This document shows positions 49,198-63,170 of a stretch of DNA of 64,000 nucleotides, piece by piece. The DNA is from Octopus bimaculoides (taxonomy: Eukaryota). Position 1 is the stretch's first letter. Every line of letters begins with the position of its first letter. The stretch spans positions 95,930,042 to 95,994,041 of the forward strand of contig NC_068989.1 of NCBI RefSeq assembly GCF_001194135.2, read 5' to 3'. The notes beneath the pieces were generated by a model. That model worked only from the letters and a program-made list of their open reading frames with translations. It was not told where the DNA came from and did no database searches. The position numbers and the translations under genes were made by a program.

Positions 49198-49390
49198 TTG
49201 GTGATTCTGGCTGTGTCAAGAAGGTAAACTTATTGCAACAGTTCTACTGGGCACTCTCTCCTCGTTTCCCTTTATATTCCTCTTGATGCCTTCTGACTCT
49301 GTTCCCAAGTAACCAACAATAATTGGCGCTGTCTTCACCTTCTTCATTTTCCACAGTTGAGCTATCTCGTGTTTAAGAGGATTGTATGTT
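49198..49390 (-). mobile_element. Second, divergent RLE C-terminal fragment (R4-like)
   Basis: YNPLKHEIAQLWKMKKVKTAPIIVGYLG../VELLQ*VYLLDTARITK. Confidence 0.78.
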
Positions 49391-49839
49391 CCTATTTATC
49401 ATTATTATTATTCTTTCATTATTCTTGATACACAGGTAAAAAGAGAGAGAGAGTAAGGCAAAGATCATTCAACCATATAGAATTTTTGCAATGAACTGGA
49501 AAGTTTCCATGTGTTATGGATCATGTTGTCTATTTTCGTTATAAATATAAATTTCGTTTGGGACAGTAATTTCAAAGATGGTAATTTTCAAGATATATGT
49601 GTGTGTGTATGTAGGTATGTGTGTGTGTGTGAATGTGTGTGTGTGAATGTGTGTGTGTGAATGTGTGTGTGTGCGTGTGTATTCTAACGACTTTTCCTCC
49701 ACTGCTTTCTATTAATTATATTATATATCATAGTTTTAATTGACAGTTCAGTGCATAAAGATTGATGATACATTCCAAAACTGTGTTTATTGTGAATTGA
49801 AGCCAATTTATAACAGTTTGCAAAATATTTTGATGACTG

Positions 49840-50015
<176 letters not shown>

Positions 50016-50573
50016 TGCCACTTACAATTTGAGGCTGATTTAGTAAGCTGTGCCATGCTTTCACTCATTGTTTGAGAAACCTATGTTGTCATGATCAGAC
50101 ACAGACATTTCATTGGCCCCTCTCGCCCTTGATTCAGTGGAATATCCAGGATGGAAACACAATATCGAAAAAAAGGTTGCACCAACATTGAGCTGATACT
50201 TCATTTGTTGACACTAAAAGCATGAAGTGTAAAATTGACTTCAACAGGAACAGATGATGACATATTACATTTGATCCAGCATTTTCTTTGTTCCGATCTC
50301 AGTTCAAATGACTCCTTTTTATAGCCTAAATGCTTTCTATCTGATTGTGCTTATTTGGAGTTTTTCTTCCAGCCTTTTGTCTCTATCTTCTCTGTTTTTT
50401 TAGCTATGCGACTGTTTTGTTCTGCCATCTATCCTGGCACTTCTTAGATGAACAATACCATTTTTTCCAGTGCCAAAACCAGTATGGTCCTTGATAACAA
50501 TATGGCTGAAGAAGTGGGTTTGTTTATCCACATCGCTTTATCATGTTTTTTTGTAAATTTCCACCCATGATAT

Positions 50574-50613
<40 letters not shown>

Positions 50614-52473
50614 CTACCTACCTACCTACCTACCTACCTACCTACCTACCTACCTACCTACCTACCTTTAGACCAAGAAGGCAAAGATGCTTATCTCTTT
50701 CTCCAAAGAGAGAAAACACCAAACAGTCAAAGTTGTTAAACTGCTTAATGGAATGCTTTGTGGCACTCATTCTGTCTCTCTGATTTCAAATCTCGTTAGT
50801 CTTTTTGTGTGTACAATATTTTACATCTGCTGATTTCTGCACTTTGCTGTGAATGTTGAAAGCATTCCAAGGTTGTCTCTTATACTTACTGAAATTAGAA
50901 TAATTAGTTTTATGTAAATTTTGTCCCCTTTTCACACATTGCTACAATTAACCCTTTTGATACTATGCAACCTGATACTGTCCTTGGTCTTATGGTTCAA
51001 ACTTCCTGCTTTAAAAAAAGACAAAATCTTGATTCAAATTTCCTATTAAACTTGTTAATGTATGTTCCATTTAATCAGTTTAATTATGGAGAAGGGATTT
51101 CAATACATTCTTCGTTATTTTTCAAATCAATTGAAAGAAAAACAGGGTATTTGAATGGGAATATGGTAACAATGCACTTATCTTTCTTTATGTTTAAGTT
51201 ATTTGTGAAAATGACCCGGTGATATTGGATCGAAATGTAACCAAATGCTTCTGAAAGATAATGGCATGCACACATACACACACACACACACACACACTCT
51301 CTCTCTTTCTCACACACACGTACACACACACACATATATATTTATACATAGTACAATTAAATTTTAATCGAAATTAAATAATTTAAAGGGAACAGATAGC
51401 CTTAAGCACTTTCATAATTACTTCAATATTTAACCAAACTTATTGAACACTAAAGCTTTGTCTTTTCTGTCTTTCTGCAACTCTTTGTTTTGTTTCCCTC
51501 TTCCCGTGTTTCTTTCTCTGTCATTCTTTCGGTTTCTCTCTTCCACTATCTCCCTTCTTCTATTTCTGTCCTTTCCTTCTTTCCTTCCTTCTTCTTCTTC
51601 TTCACCCGCCTCCCATCTGTCCTGTTAATGCAGTCTATTTTCATATATTGATATCTAAACAAAAGTGTTGCAGGCTGATGCACAAGAAAATGATTTAATA
51701 AGCTCCTCCCCCCCCCCCNNNNNNNNNNNNNNNNNNNNNNNNNNNNNNNNNNNNNNNNNNNCCCCCCGCGACCAAAAGAAAACAATCATTGTTGTTCCAA
51801 ATTTTTTCTATAGCACTTACCCCACCCACCCACACTCAGCCGAGCCCACCTCCGCACAGCCTTGCCTATGCCTATTCATATTGAGTTATGTCCCTTTACA
51901 TGCTGCGTTCAAAACTTGTTGACATTTGATGTTGTACTTGGTGTCTTTGGATTTGTGAAGATAAATACCAGTAATAGAAACGAACAAGATTAAAATCAAT
52001 GGTGCTTCATTCAAAAACATGTGACCCTTTCTTTTGAAATGCTCTATTGAACTGTGAAACCATTTAAATAATTGATAATTACGATCCATTCGTCTTCTGC
52101 TTTCCATGTCAATTCAATTTCTATGAAGAACGTGAGCTATTTTCTGATTTTGTAAATATCACAGATTTAGGTAAAAGTCAAAGAATTAAGTGGGGTAAGG
52201 AGGGGTATTGGTGATAAAAACTTATGAGAGGGATTTAAGATTTAAAAATAATAAAATTGGAACAATTAAAAAATTTGTCTTTAGTCACCTTTGCTCTTCC
52301 TCTTCTTCTTTGTTTTGTTTCTAATGCATTTCCAAGTGTTTGAGTTTGAGTTTGTCATTCCCGACATTATGTAAATCAGGTCGAATTATTCACTCAATTG
52401 TCTTTTTATATTGATTTTCATAAGAAAGTGGCAGGGATGGACAGGAAAGTAGAATGACCATGAAAGAAAGAGA

Positions 52474-52504
<31 letters not shown>

Positions 52505-53098
52505 AAAGAAGTATAAAGACAACACAATGGATATTCCATCTTTAAAGATAAAGCAGAAACACGACTAATCAAATTTTTGATTGGGTTGCAGATTCCACTT
52601 TTTTAAATATACTTTTACAAATATTTACATAAAATTTGATGTGAATTGACTATAAAATCTTGTATATTTTTTATGACAGCATTGATATATATGTGTGTGT
52701 CATTTACATATATGTACATGCACACACACACACACACACACACATATATAAATACATATATACGTAAATATATCTTTGCATATATGTACATGTATATATA
52801 TCTATCTATCTATCTATCTATCTCTCTATATNNNNNNNNNNNNNNNNNNNNNNNNNNNNNNNNNNNNNNNNNNNNNNNNNNNNNNNNNNNNNNNNNNNNN
52901 NNNNNNNNNNNNNNNNNNNNNNNNNNNNNNNNNNNNNNNNNNNNNNNNNNNNNNNNNNNNNNNNNNNNNNNNNNNNNNNNNNNNNNNNNNNNNNNNNNNN
53001 NNNNNNNNNNNNNNNNNNNNNNNNNNNNNNNNNNNNNNNNNNNNNNNATATATATATATATATATATACATATGTATGTGTGTGTATGCATATATAAA

Positions 53099-53148
<50 letters not shown>

Positions 53149-54479
53149 TACATACATATATATGTACACGCACATATATACATTTATATATGCACACATG
53201 CTCCCACACACTCACCACACACGCATATATATTTATATAAATAATATTGAAATCTAAAACAACTTTATTCCACTATTTTCATAATATTTAAGTCTCTCCT
53301 CCAGAGTTTCTGGATTAGTTGGTTTTTTTTTTGTTTCTTTTTCTGAAGGTTTCAAAACTATTTATTGTCATTACTCATTAATATATCCTTAAAGCATGGC
53401 TGAATATCTCCCATCCTTTTTGCTGATGTTTATTTTCATGTGTTAACTTGTGATGTATGAGTCAAAATCATTTTAATGAATAAATTAAAAGGATATGAAT
53501 TAAAATCGCGTTCACCATTTTTCTCTTCTTGTTTGTTTTATTTTTTTATTTTTTCCGCTCATATTATCTTTCCTTTCCTTTGAATTAAAAAAAAAAAATC
53601 ATTTCACCAGTTTTTTTTGTTTTTTTTTTCCTAAATTTTTCATTCAGTTTAACACATCAATTTAGCATTTCTCAATCTCTTTTTAAAATTCAACGTATAA
53701 CTTGAAACTAAAAATAGCAAATCATTCATACTGAAGAGACAAGATAAGCGAAGCAACTAAATTTCATAAAGAATTTTGTCTTGATGTTCACAGTTGAAGA
53801 ATAAATAAATAAATAAATGCAATGACACCACCACCAACAACAACAACAAAATTAAGACTACTATCATTACTACCAATAGTAATAACTATAATAAAAGTAA
53901 AAATATTTCAAAATATTAATAATGGCATCAACATCTACAGCAAGAATGCAAGCACAACAGCAGAAGTAATAAGGAAAAGAATAATCTTCTTGTTTGTTTA
54001 CTTCTTTCTTTACATGTTAGTGACTGAGTTAAGGTGATAAAGTTGAATTAAATTTCTAACGAAACATCAGGAAATGAATTTGTAGCATTTGACAAGTTCT
54101 TATAGGATGATGAAAAACGTAAATGATGTGAGGCAAATACTGAATACTTCTGCATAAATAAATACTCCTCTCGTTACATTTCAGTTTCCTCTGCAGATAC
54201 TGGGGGAGGTGGGGNNNNNNNNNNAACAAATGAAATATCGAGTGTGAAGAAATTTTGAAGTGAACTTTGGTGGAGATCCTTCAAAAAGTAGGAAATTCTA
54301 TTTTAAATTCAAATAGAAAAATAAAAGAAGACAGAAAGAAATAGAGAAATTATTGAAAGAAATAATAATGCTGTGAATATTGATAAATATCTGAGGTAAA
54401 TTTTGGCCCATTTTATGAATGGGATTGAGACATGGTGAGATCATTCAATTCTGGTCAGATCTGATCATTTTTAGCTTTT

Positions 54480-54850
54480 ATTCATTTCAATCAGTGATTT
54501 GAGGCCATGCTGGAGTATTGCCTTGAAGGGTTTACTCAAACAATGCTTACGTATTTTTAAGAATGGTACTTATTCTATTGATCCCTTTTGTCAAACTGCT
54601 AAGTTATATGCTACATAGACATAGCAAACAAACACTGGTCGCCAAGCAATTGTTGTGGTTGTGGGAACAAAGACACACACACGTGATGCGCTTCCGCATA
54701 TTTTCTATTCATATGCAGTTTCTGTCTAGAAAATTCTCTCATAAGGCATTAATTGTCCCAGGGTTATATAGTAGCCCAAGATACCGTACAGCAAGAGTGA
54801 ACTCAGTACCATGTGGTTGCCAAAAAAGCTCAACCACAGCCATTTCAACA
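54480..54850 (-). mobile_element. SINE head + tail type A
   Basis: ggccatgctggag..gtacttattctattgatccc..ctaagttat..ccatgtggttg. Confidence 0.75.
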
Positions 54851-55959
54851 CTGTAGTGAGTAGGAAAAACATTTTAAGGGTTAATAGATGGATTACCTTT
54901 AATCACAGGTATTTTCCATCAGAGTTGAGACTAAATATAATAAAAATCAATGGAAAATTGAAATACATGAAAGGTATAAATATATAATCAGTTTTCAAAT
55001 TTCAAAAAAAAAAAAAACATTTTCTTTTGTGATCCCTGAAATAATATTTTGGTTTGCATAAGCATATTTTTATAGATCACAGCAAAGGGTTCCTTGCATC
55101 ATAATTTACTAATTGTTGTGTATTGTTTATCTATGTCTTACAGAAAGAAGTTATATTTGTAGACGAACCATTTAAAAATGTGCAGTTTAATCTCTGGATT
55201 GCACAGCAACAATAAGCATTTCAGAGCCATTTTCTTTGACAAAGTGGATGTTAGCCCTGTAGACCCCATAATCGTCTTTTGTATTTTCCCTTTTTTTATT
55301 CATTTCTTACACTCTACACCCCTTTTCTACCCATTGCCCTCTCTGACCTTGAAACATGTCTTGTTCTTTTCCTTTCCTTCTACAATCATCTTGGCCCTTT
55401 CCTCTCACTCAACCTCTTTCATCATTTCTCAGCTTACGGACCATTCATTTCACCTATTTCTTTTCACAGCATCCGTAACTGGTTCTCTTTCCACCATTTT
55501 CAGCCAATTCCTGTTTCTCTTCTTTTACATCAATATTCTGTAAGCTTAGAATGATTTAGATATTCTTTTTTTAGGATTTATTCAACTTTTTTTTCCCTAA
55601 CTAGACAATATTTCTGCAAGTATTTTTTTCTTTTCACATAATGAATATAATGCATTTCTGAAAGCAAAGCTTGTTTACTTTATCAAGTCTGTTTCGATAA
55701 CTCTTTGCTCGTTTACTATTCAAATCAACTGCTTTGCTTCCAACCATCCATACCTAGTCATGTTTCAGTGTTACTTTTGATACCAAGGAAATACCTGTCA
55801 GATTTACATCGGATATCATTTTTCACAATTTCAGCTACTTTTCATATCAATACATCATCACAGACATTACCATTGTGAAGCTGGGGATTTTTGCATTTGT
55901 GATTCTTTCACTTTCTATGATTGAAAGTCTTGGATACAATCGTAAAATGTATCCATACA

Positions 55960-55996
<37 letters not shown>

Positions 55997-57559
55997 GTTA
56001 GCATGATTTAGTTGGTGTTGTTGGCATTGTTGTATGGCAACAATATCAGCCCTGATCAAGTTGATTTAGGACCAAAGTTGCTCTAGCTAGGACCATCTAG
56101 GAATACATTGTCCAATGTGACCTTTCCTTTCCAAGACAGTAGCTTGTTTCTAAAGATATAGTTTTGAAGGTAACCGAAAATCTGAGTCGAGAGTATTATT
56201 ATGAACACCCCAAAACAATATCTATTGGTTTGGGCCAAAACTTCTGTTGGGATACGATGTCCACTGGTTCCAACTGACAGTCAGTAGCATGACACTAGGG
56301 ACACCATAAATGGAAAGAGTCTTTTGGGAGAGCTTAATATAAATGCAACTCTTTATATGCTCTCAAGGACCAAGTGACAGTGTTAACTTTGGCTGTATGT
56401 TAATTCTAATGGGAATATTGAAAGGGTCATTGCTCAAGCAATAGTGCAACCCAACCCCTGTCAGCATGGAAATGGATGTTAAAGGATGATGAGGATAATG
56501 ATGATGATGCTTACCCTCATCCCTCACCCCAAATACATTGATTGCAAAATAGAGCAACTCTTCTTCTTTAGTCTGTGCATTTATTTACACTTGTGAAGGA
56601 CCAAGCTTAAAGATAGGCTGCTTTCATTTTCACTGTAGGAACCTCTCTCTGTATGAGCAGTTGTGTGTGTAAATATAATAATAGGTTGTTTGTTTCCTAA
56701 AATACTAGGAGTGTCGTCATGAGGAAGGAAAAATGGAAGAAGTACAACTCAGGAGAGAGAAAAGAAAGTGGGAATTATGTATAAACAGGAATTTTGTAGA
56801 GAAATTTGTAGATTTGTTTAAAGAAAACTGTGTACAAGAGAGAGAGAGAGAATCTAAAGAGACTTTGTGTCTAGAAGATAATTTTAGATTCAGTCAGAAG
56901 GATTGCTTTTGAGACTGAATTTCAGCAACCAAAGAATGAATGAATCACTAGGATTGACCATTTCAAATTCAGTGCTAATAGTGTTAGAGAGGGGGGGGGG
57001 GGTTAAGCTTTGGATAGATGGATGAAAGGATAGACTGATAACATTTGTTGAGAACAATAAATTGTTATATTTTCAACTTCCTTGAATAAAAATAGCAAGA
57101 TTTCAACAACATTTTAGAAAGTTGAAAAAAAAATGATATTCTATCTTATTCCTGCTGAGATATGAATGTATTCTGTCTTTGATTCAAAGAAAGAGTTCCA
57201 TTACAAACCATCATCATCATCATCGCATTACATAAAGGATTTCAAGCCAAGTTTTATCTTCTCACATAAATTATGGTATTGCTTCATTATTATTGGTGTG
57301 GCTATCATCATCATCATCATTGTCCCTTGATCGATGCAGCCAATCATTAGGGTGCCACTTGAGACGCTTTCATAGTCAGCCGTCACCACTGGTCTCTGTT
57401 CCCCATGGCCAAACATGTTTGTACAGATTATTGAACATGAAGGACAGTGGTTGTGTGACAGGAGCAATCATCCATAACTACCACATGGTGCCAAGACAGG
57501 GAGACACAAACATGCACACACACTCACACACATTCATATGATATATTTTCAGTTTAGTT

Positions 57560-58100
57560 TACATATCTTGGAAGTGGTTTTATAATGAGAAACTGAGGTT
57601 AAGGTCAGGATAGGTAAAGCATTGTCAGTATTGCAACATTTTCATCCAGTATGGAGATCAAAGACCATCAATGATGAAGTGGCATCGATTGTTGTACCAA
57701 CAGCCATTTGTGCCGGTGAAATCTCTAGAAGATAGTGAGGATCTTTCAGTTGCTGGATGTGTTCTATCAACACTGGCTATAATTAATTCTGGGAATCAGG
57801 ACAGAATGAGAAATGATGAGGTGATGAGAAGTCTGTTGGATGTGGTGACTGAGTAGTGGATATGGTTGACTGAGCTTGTGCTTTGATTACTGTAGGAGAA
57901 ACATGTTACCCACATGATAGAGTGGATGCTAGATGGAAGAAGAAGATCAAGTGGAAGACCAAGGAAGATGTGGCGCAGTGCATTCCAGGATAACATGATT
58001 GCGATGGGAGTCAGCTTGAGTGGAGCTAAGAGGAAAATGAACAATCGAGATATTTGGAGTAGGTTTGTTACCTGTTGTGCTGATGGCACCAGAACATCTG
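57560..58100 (+). mobile_element. Old LINE C-terminal fragment (RTE-like, different family)
   Basis: MIEWMLDGRRRSSGRPRKMWRSAFQDNM..NRDIWSRFV fits W...G.R.RGRP.K.W..DR..W. Confidence 0.7.
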
Positions 58101-60712
58101 AGAGCTTAAATGTATGTGTGTTATGTTGTGTGTGTGTGTGTGTGTGCACCCATATAAATGCCATGTACATGTGCACCCACGTAAATATAACAATAAGTAA
58201 CTTGATATGTGACCATCATGCACTAAAACTGGAAAGATTCATGACTGCCATTTCAAACACACACACACACACATTGTTTTATTCACATTTGTTATATTTC
58301 TTGATAATATTGTACAATATTCATTGTATACAAACAGTAAATATAAGTGTATATCATCATCACCATCATCATATACAATAGGTTTCTTTCAGTTTTCCTT
58401 TCCTAAATCCATAAACATGACTTTGGTCAACCTTGGGCAGCAGTAAAAGGCTCTTGTACAAGGTTCCCCAGAGTGGAACTGAACCCAGACCAACATCTCT
58501 TAACCACACACTTACATGTATACAAACATGCATGTGTATATTAGCTTCAATATATGCATGTGTTCTTCTCTAAATAAATGCATTTATTCCTCTGTGTGGA
58601 TATCTGAATATGTATTTGTGTGTGTTTTGTGTGTGCGTACTTTTGTTATTTACACCACCTGTCCTCGTCTGTTGTTATTTTTTGTATATTCTCCCATATA
58701 TATATATATATATCGTAACTATAAATTTTGTTCAGCTGAACTCTCATAAACTATCTTTTATTTGCTCATCTATTCCTGTGTACACATCTACACACTCATT
58801 CTAACAATTCTGCTTGCTTAAAACCTTGTCGACTATTTATTTTTCTTCTTTGTTTCCATTTTTTTTTCATTGAATTTTCTATTTTTTTCTTTTGTACAAT
58901 TAACATGTTGTCCATACTACTATTTTAGCAACTATTTATCAATGACAGTTACTGATTCCTGCTTCTAGGAAGGTAACTCGATCTGTTCATGTTCTGCTGA
59001 AGGTAAAAAGACATATTGTATGTTGCTAATAATACTGGATGTCCATTGATATTTGTAGCTTTAGCCATGAAATAAAAGAAAGAAACAAAGAGAAGAAGAA
59101 AAAAAACACAATTAAAAATTGAAAAAAAAATGTAACCCGAATAGTTTCTAACTCTGCCGTTTACTATCTTAACAACTTGTTAACTATTTCTGTGAAAACA
59201 GAAAAGATTGTGTTAAAACAGATGTTTGCCTTTGGACAATGGCAGAAAAAGCAAAAAAAAATGAGTTCTAATTGGAAAAAAGATTTTAATAGGTTATTTG
59301 TAATATGCCATAAGCTTTTTCTGAAACAAAGCCAAATAAAAACTGAATTTGCTTCCATGACACATGTTCATTGTTTTATGTTTTAGATTCTGACATGATG
59401 TTTGTGCCTCATGAAAATAAACTCAAATTTTTCTTTCTTTTTTTTCTTCCTTCTTGACAAACATATTTTTGAGAAAATAATTTCCCTTTAGATGCAATAA
59501 TATTTCTACTCCAACTTTTTCTTATTTTTTAATTAAAATTCTTTAAAAAAATTCTGTAGGTTTATTTTTCTTTCTTTTTTTAATTATTCATTAAAGGTGT
59601 TTTTGTCGTTTGCATTGTTTCTTCTACATCAAACAAAAAACAAACACATTTTGTTTTTGTTTTATTTTCTGCATTGTTTTGTTTGTTTATTTTGGCTTTG
59701 AGCAGGTTTTATTTTCAAACTGTTTGTTTTGTTCTGGATGATAATTAAAACCTTGTATCATTTGTTCTGTTAAATCTTCTTCTCTGCTATCATCTCTAGA
59801 AGGTCTGTTTCTCTTCTCTTTTTTTTTTTTCTCTTATCAAACATCTTTTTCTTTATCTCCACAAATTTTATATTATTTTTCTATTTGATCAGAGCTTATT
59901 CTATTCATTTTAGCCACCCAACTTTTATTTAATAATGTTTCTAAAATCAGTAGATTATTATCAACCGGTCACAAACTGCAACATATCTATTTGCCAGGAA
60001 ATTATTGCATCTTGTTTCCAATTCACACCTGCATTTCATATTTTCAGCACATGATTGAATAACATCAAGTGTTGTAATTTTTAATACTTATAAATAAAAT
60101 ATCACAATTGATTGGTTCATCCATTATATCCTGACGAGAGGGAGAAAATCTATTTCTTCTTCATTTACTTCATTGTAATAATAATCAAACTTCAGCCGTA
60201 CGTTCATATTTAATTGATTTATTTCATTTTTAATTAAAAGAAAAAAAATCCGATAAAGTTCCAATCACAAACATGTAATTAAATCAGTGGCGCTCCTCAG
60301 TGTGATGTCAGTCTCAAGTCTGTGATCATGTGTTTGCTTTACATCTGTTTTTCCTATGCAATCATAGGTTAGAGGAGTAGTTCTTCATCATCATTTAACG
60401 ACTGTTTTCCAGGCTGGCATGGAAAACGGACACAAAATGATTTGTTTAAATATTCTATAATAATGGCAGGGAACATATATCTCTGATTGTGCATTTTGAT
60501 ATCTTTGTAATATATTTTTCCCAACGTGAATATTTATTTCATTTTAACCAGAATGAAAATATCGATTTTGGTTTTTCTATTGTATCTTAAGCATTGATAT
60601 TAAAACAGTTGTTGTGTTAACATTTAATACAGGCAGTATTAAAAATGAAATGGAAATGGAACTATGTGGAAAATTAGAAAGACAGTTAAATTAGTGTGGA
60701 CATATTTGGTAC

Positions 60713-61665
60713 ATCATCGTCGTTCAACATTCATTTTTCATGCTGGCATGGATTGGATGGTTTGACTGGGGACTGGCAAGCCAGGAGGCTGCACCAGGCT
60801 CCAGTCTGATCTAGTAGTGTTTCTACAGTTGGATGCCCTTAACACTAACCACTTTGAGGGTGTAGTGGATGTTTTTTACATGCCACCAGCATGGGAGCCA
60901 GTCAAGCAGCACTGGCATCGACCATGTTTGGATGGTGCTTTTTACATGCTAGCAGCACAGGAGCCAGCTTGGGGGGCTGGCATCGACCATGTACGGATGG
61001 TGCTTTTTACATGCCACCAGCATGGGGAGCCAGTCAAACAGCACTGACAACGACCCATGCATGAAGGATGCTTATTGCCAGTCACCAGCATGGGAGTCAG
61101 CCTGTCAGGTGGCGCTGGCATCGGCCACAACTACAATTTCCATTTTGATTTGATTGAGATTCTGATGGTGATTTTAATCTTACTCAACTCAAAAGGTCTC
61201 CTCAAGCATAGTGTGTTGTCCAACGATTTAAAGGTACTTTTTAAATGGGCTGCTTATGCAATACTGGTATAGACTATGGCTGTTATCTCACTTTACTTGC
61301 TCGGTCTTCGCAGTCATAGCATATCTCCAGAAGTTTCGATATTTCATCATTGCCTCTGTGGGGCCCAACATTCAAAGGTTGTTCTTGACCACCTCATCCC
61401 ATGTCTTTCTCGGTCTACCTCTACCCCGGATTCCTTCAAATGTTTGGGAGTGGCACTTCTTCACACAGCTCTCCTCATCCATCTGCAGTACATGACCATC
61501 CCAATGCAAATGTCTCTCTTGCATGCCACGTCCGATGCTTCTTATGTCCAACATTTCTCTCAGGGTACTTACACTCTGTGGTGTATGCACACTGACATTA
61601 CACATCCAGTGGATCATACTAGCTTCATTTCTTTCAAGCCTACATATGTCCTCAACAGTCAAAAC
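60713..61665 (-). mobile_element. RTE LINE 3' end with tandem array in the 3' UTR
   Basis: LERNEASMIHWMCNV..LREMLDIRSI..QERHLHWDGHVLQMDEESCVKKC..GRGRPRKTWDEVV; the UTR and catcatcgtcgttcaac tail are homologous to 4582 and 20496. Confidence 0.9.
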
Positions 61666-62489
61666 ATCAATATCAATGATCAATTTTTATTTTGACTAAT
61701 ATTGGTTTCAGCATGGAGTTTTCAACATGCATGGGAGATAACTCTAGACATGTTTCTGTCTTAATGGCCCCATCAGCTGAGCTGTCTTTGTATTTATAAA
61801 AGTAATGATGAAAACATCACTACGTAAATTGTACATTGGTTAGTATAGGAAATACAATAATTGTTTAAAGAATCTGCATTAAAAAATGTAGCCAAAGTTA
61901 GTGCTAGTATATTTAAAACGGGTAGCATTCTTATTTTACTACCCTTTCTCAGTTGAACTTGTTTGACCTTATGAAGGTATAACAGAGTATGTAGAAAATA
62001 GGGGCTTTTTTTTGCCTTTTTGTTTGGATGAAAGATAGTGCTTAGAGTCATGGAGAAAAAGATGTTCTTAAATTGAACATCAGATCTAGATACTTAAAGC
62101 AGAGTGAACCCTTGCTAACAGCATCCAGGAGGTGATGATGTTAACCTGCCAACAGATTCAGTTTAATTGGTAGTTTATCGAAAGATGTTCAAAATTTCAG
62201 TGAACTATTGAAAAACCGTTGAAATAAAGTTTAGTTGAGCTTAGAATGATTCAAGTTTTTAGTAGAGAAACTTCTAAACTACTTTGTGACTTTGGGTTGA
62301 TGCCAAAGATAGGTGCATTGTTATTTGGTAAATGTTATTTATTTTGTAGTAATTCTTTCATTCAATTCTTTTAAAATTGAAAATTATTATCAAAAGCTAA
62401 ACAAAGCCAGACTTCAAGGAAACCAGGAGTCGTCTGCATTAAGGAAAAAAAAAAAAAAGAAGCAATGTGCTGTTTGAATACACACACAC

Positions 62490-62541
<52 letters not shown>

Positions 62542-62554
62542 ATATATACCTGCT

Positions 62555-62760
62555 GGTGCCACATTAAAGCACATGCACTGGTGCCATGTAAAAAGCATCC
62601 AGTACACTTTGTATAGTGGTTGGCATTAAGAATGGTATCCAGCTGTAAAATCCATGCTAAAACAGGCAGTGGAACCTGCTGTAGTTCTCCGGCTTACTAA
62701 CTCCTCTCAAATAATCCAACCCATGCCAGCATGGAAAACGGACATTAAATGATGATGATA
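62555..62760 (+). mobile_element. RTE-type 3' tail
   Basis: aaaagcatccagtacacttt..ccaacccatgccagcatggaaaacggacattaaatgatgatg. Confidence 0.8.
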
Positions 62761-62764
62761 CACA

Positions 62765-62880
62765 CTAGCTTCTTTTGGTTTCAGTTTACTAAATCCACTC
62801 ACAAGGTTTTTGTCAGCTCAAGGCTACAGAAACTTGCCTAAGGTGCTATGCATGTGGTCGGGAAGCAAACTTCTTGCCAA
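62765..62880 (-). mobile_element. SINE head, deleted
   Basis: ttcagttt..aaatccactcacaagg..acttgcctaaggtgc..gcaaacttctt. Confidence 0.65.
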
Positions 62881-63120
62881 CAATCTTATTCTTAATATGC
62901 ATTGTTGATTTTTCTTTCTCTATTTATATTTGTAGTTTTGAGTTTAAACAAGTTTAATTATGTTTATAAAAAGTTTTACACAAATTAAATGTAAAGTGCA
63001 GCCATGCTAAACAAGGATTTTAAGTTGTGAAAATCACTTTGTAAATCACATATTTCTACCCATCTAAAACCTTTTAATAGCAAATACTATCTATGAATCT
63101 ATTATGTTGATTAAACGATG

Positions 63121-63170
<50 letters not shown>

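Noticed and set aside
51816-52107. Minus ORF with a TM-like stretch and an ATG-to-GTAAGT first-exon candidate (MNRHRQGCAEVGSAECGWV)
   Set aside because: No homology I can recognise, the donor lies in a (GGGT)n tract, and there is no promoter evidence.
55178-55554. Hydrophobic plus-strand ORFs
   Set aside because: They are the antisense of a purine-rich stretch, possibly an old LINE end; composition explains the F/L/S content.
60128-60150. Hammerhead ribozyme core (CTGACGA..GAAA); CTGATGA motifs at 10.22 and 41.06 kb also checked
   Set aside because: Stem II and the flanking stems cannot be formed.
60868-61125. CRISPR-like array
   Set aside because: Units are whole tandem copies inside a LINE 3' UTR with no unique spacers.
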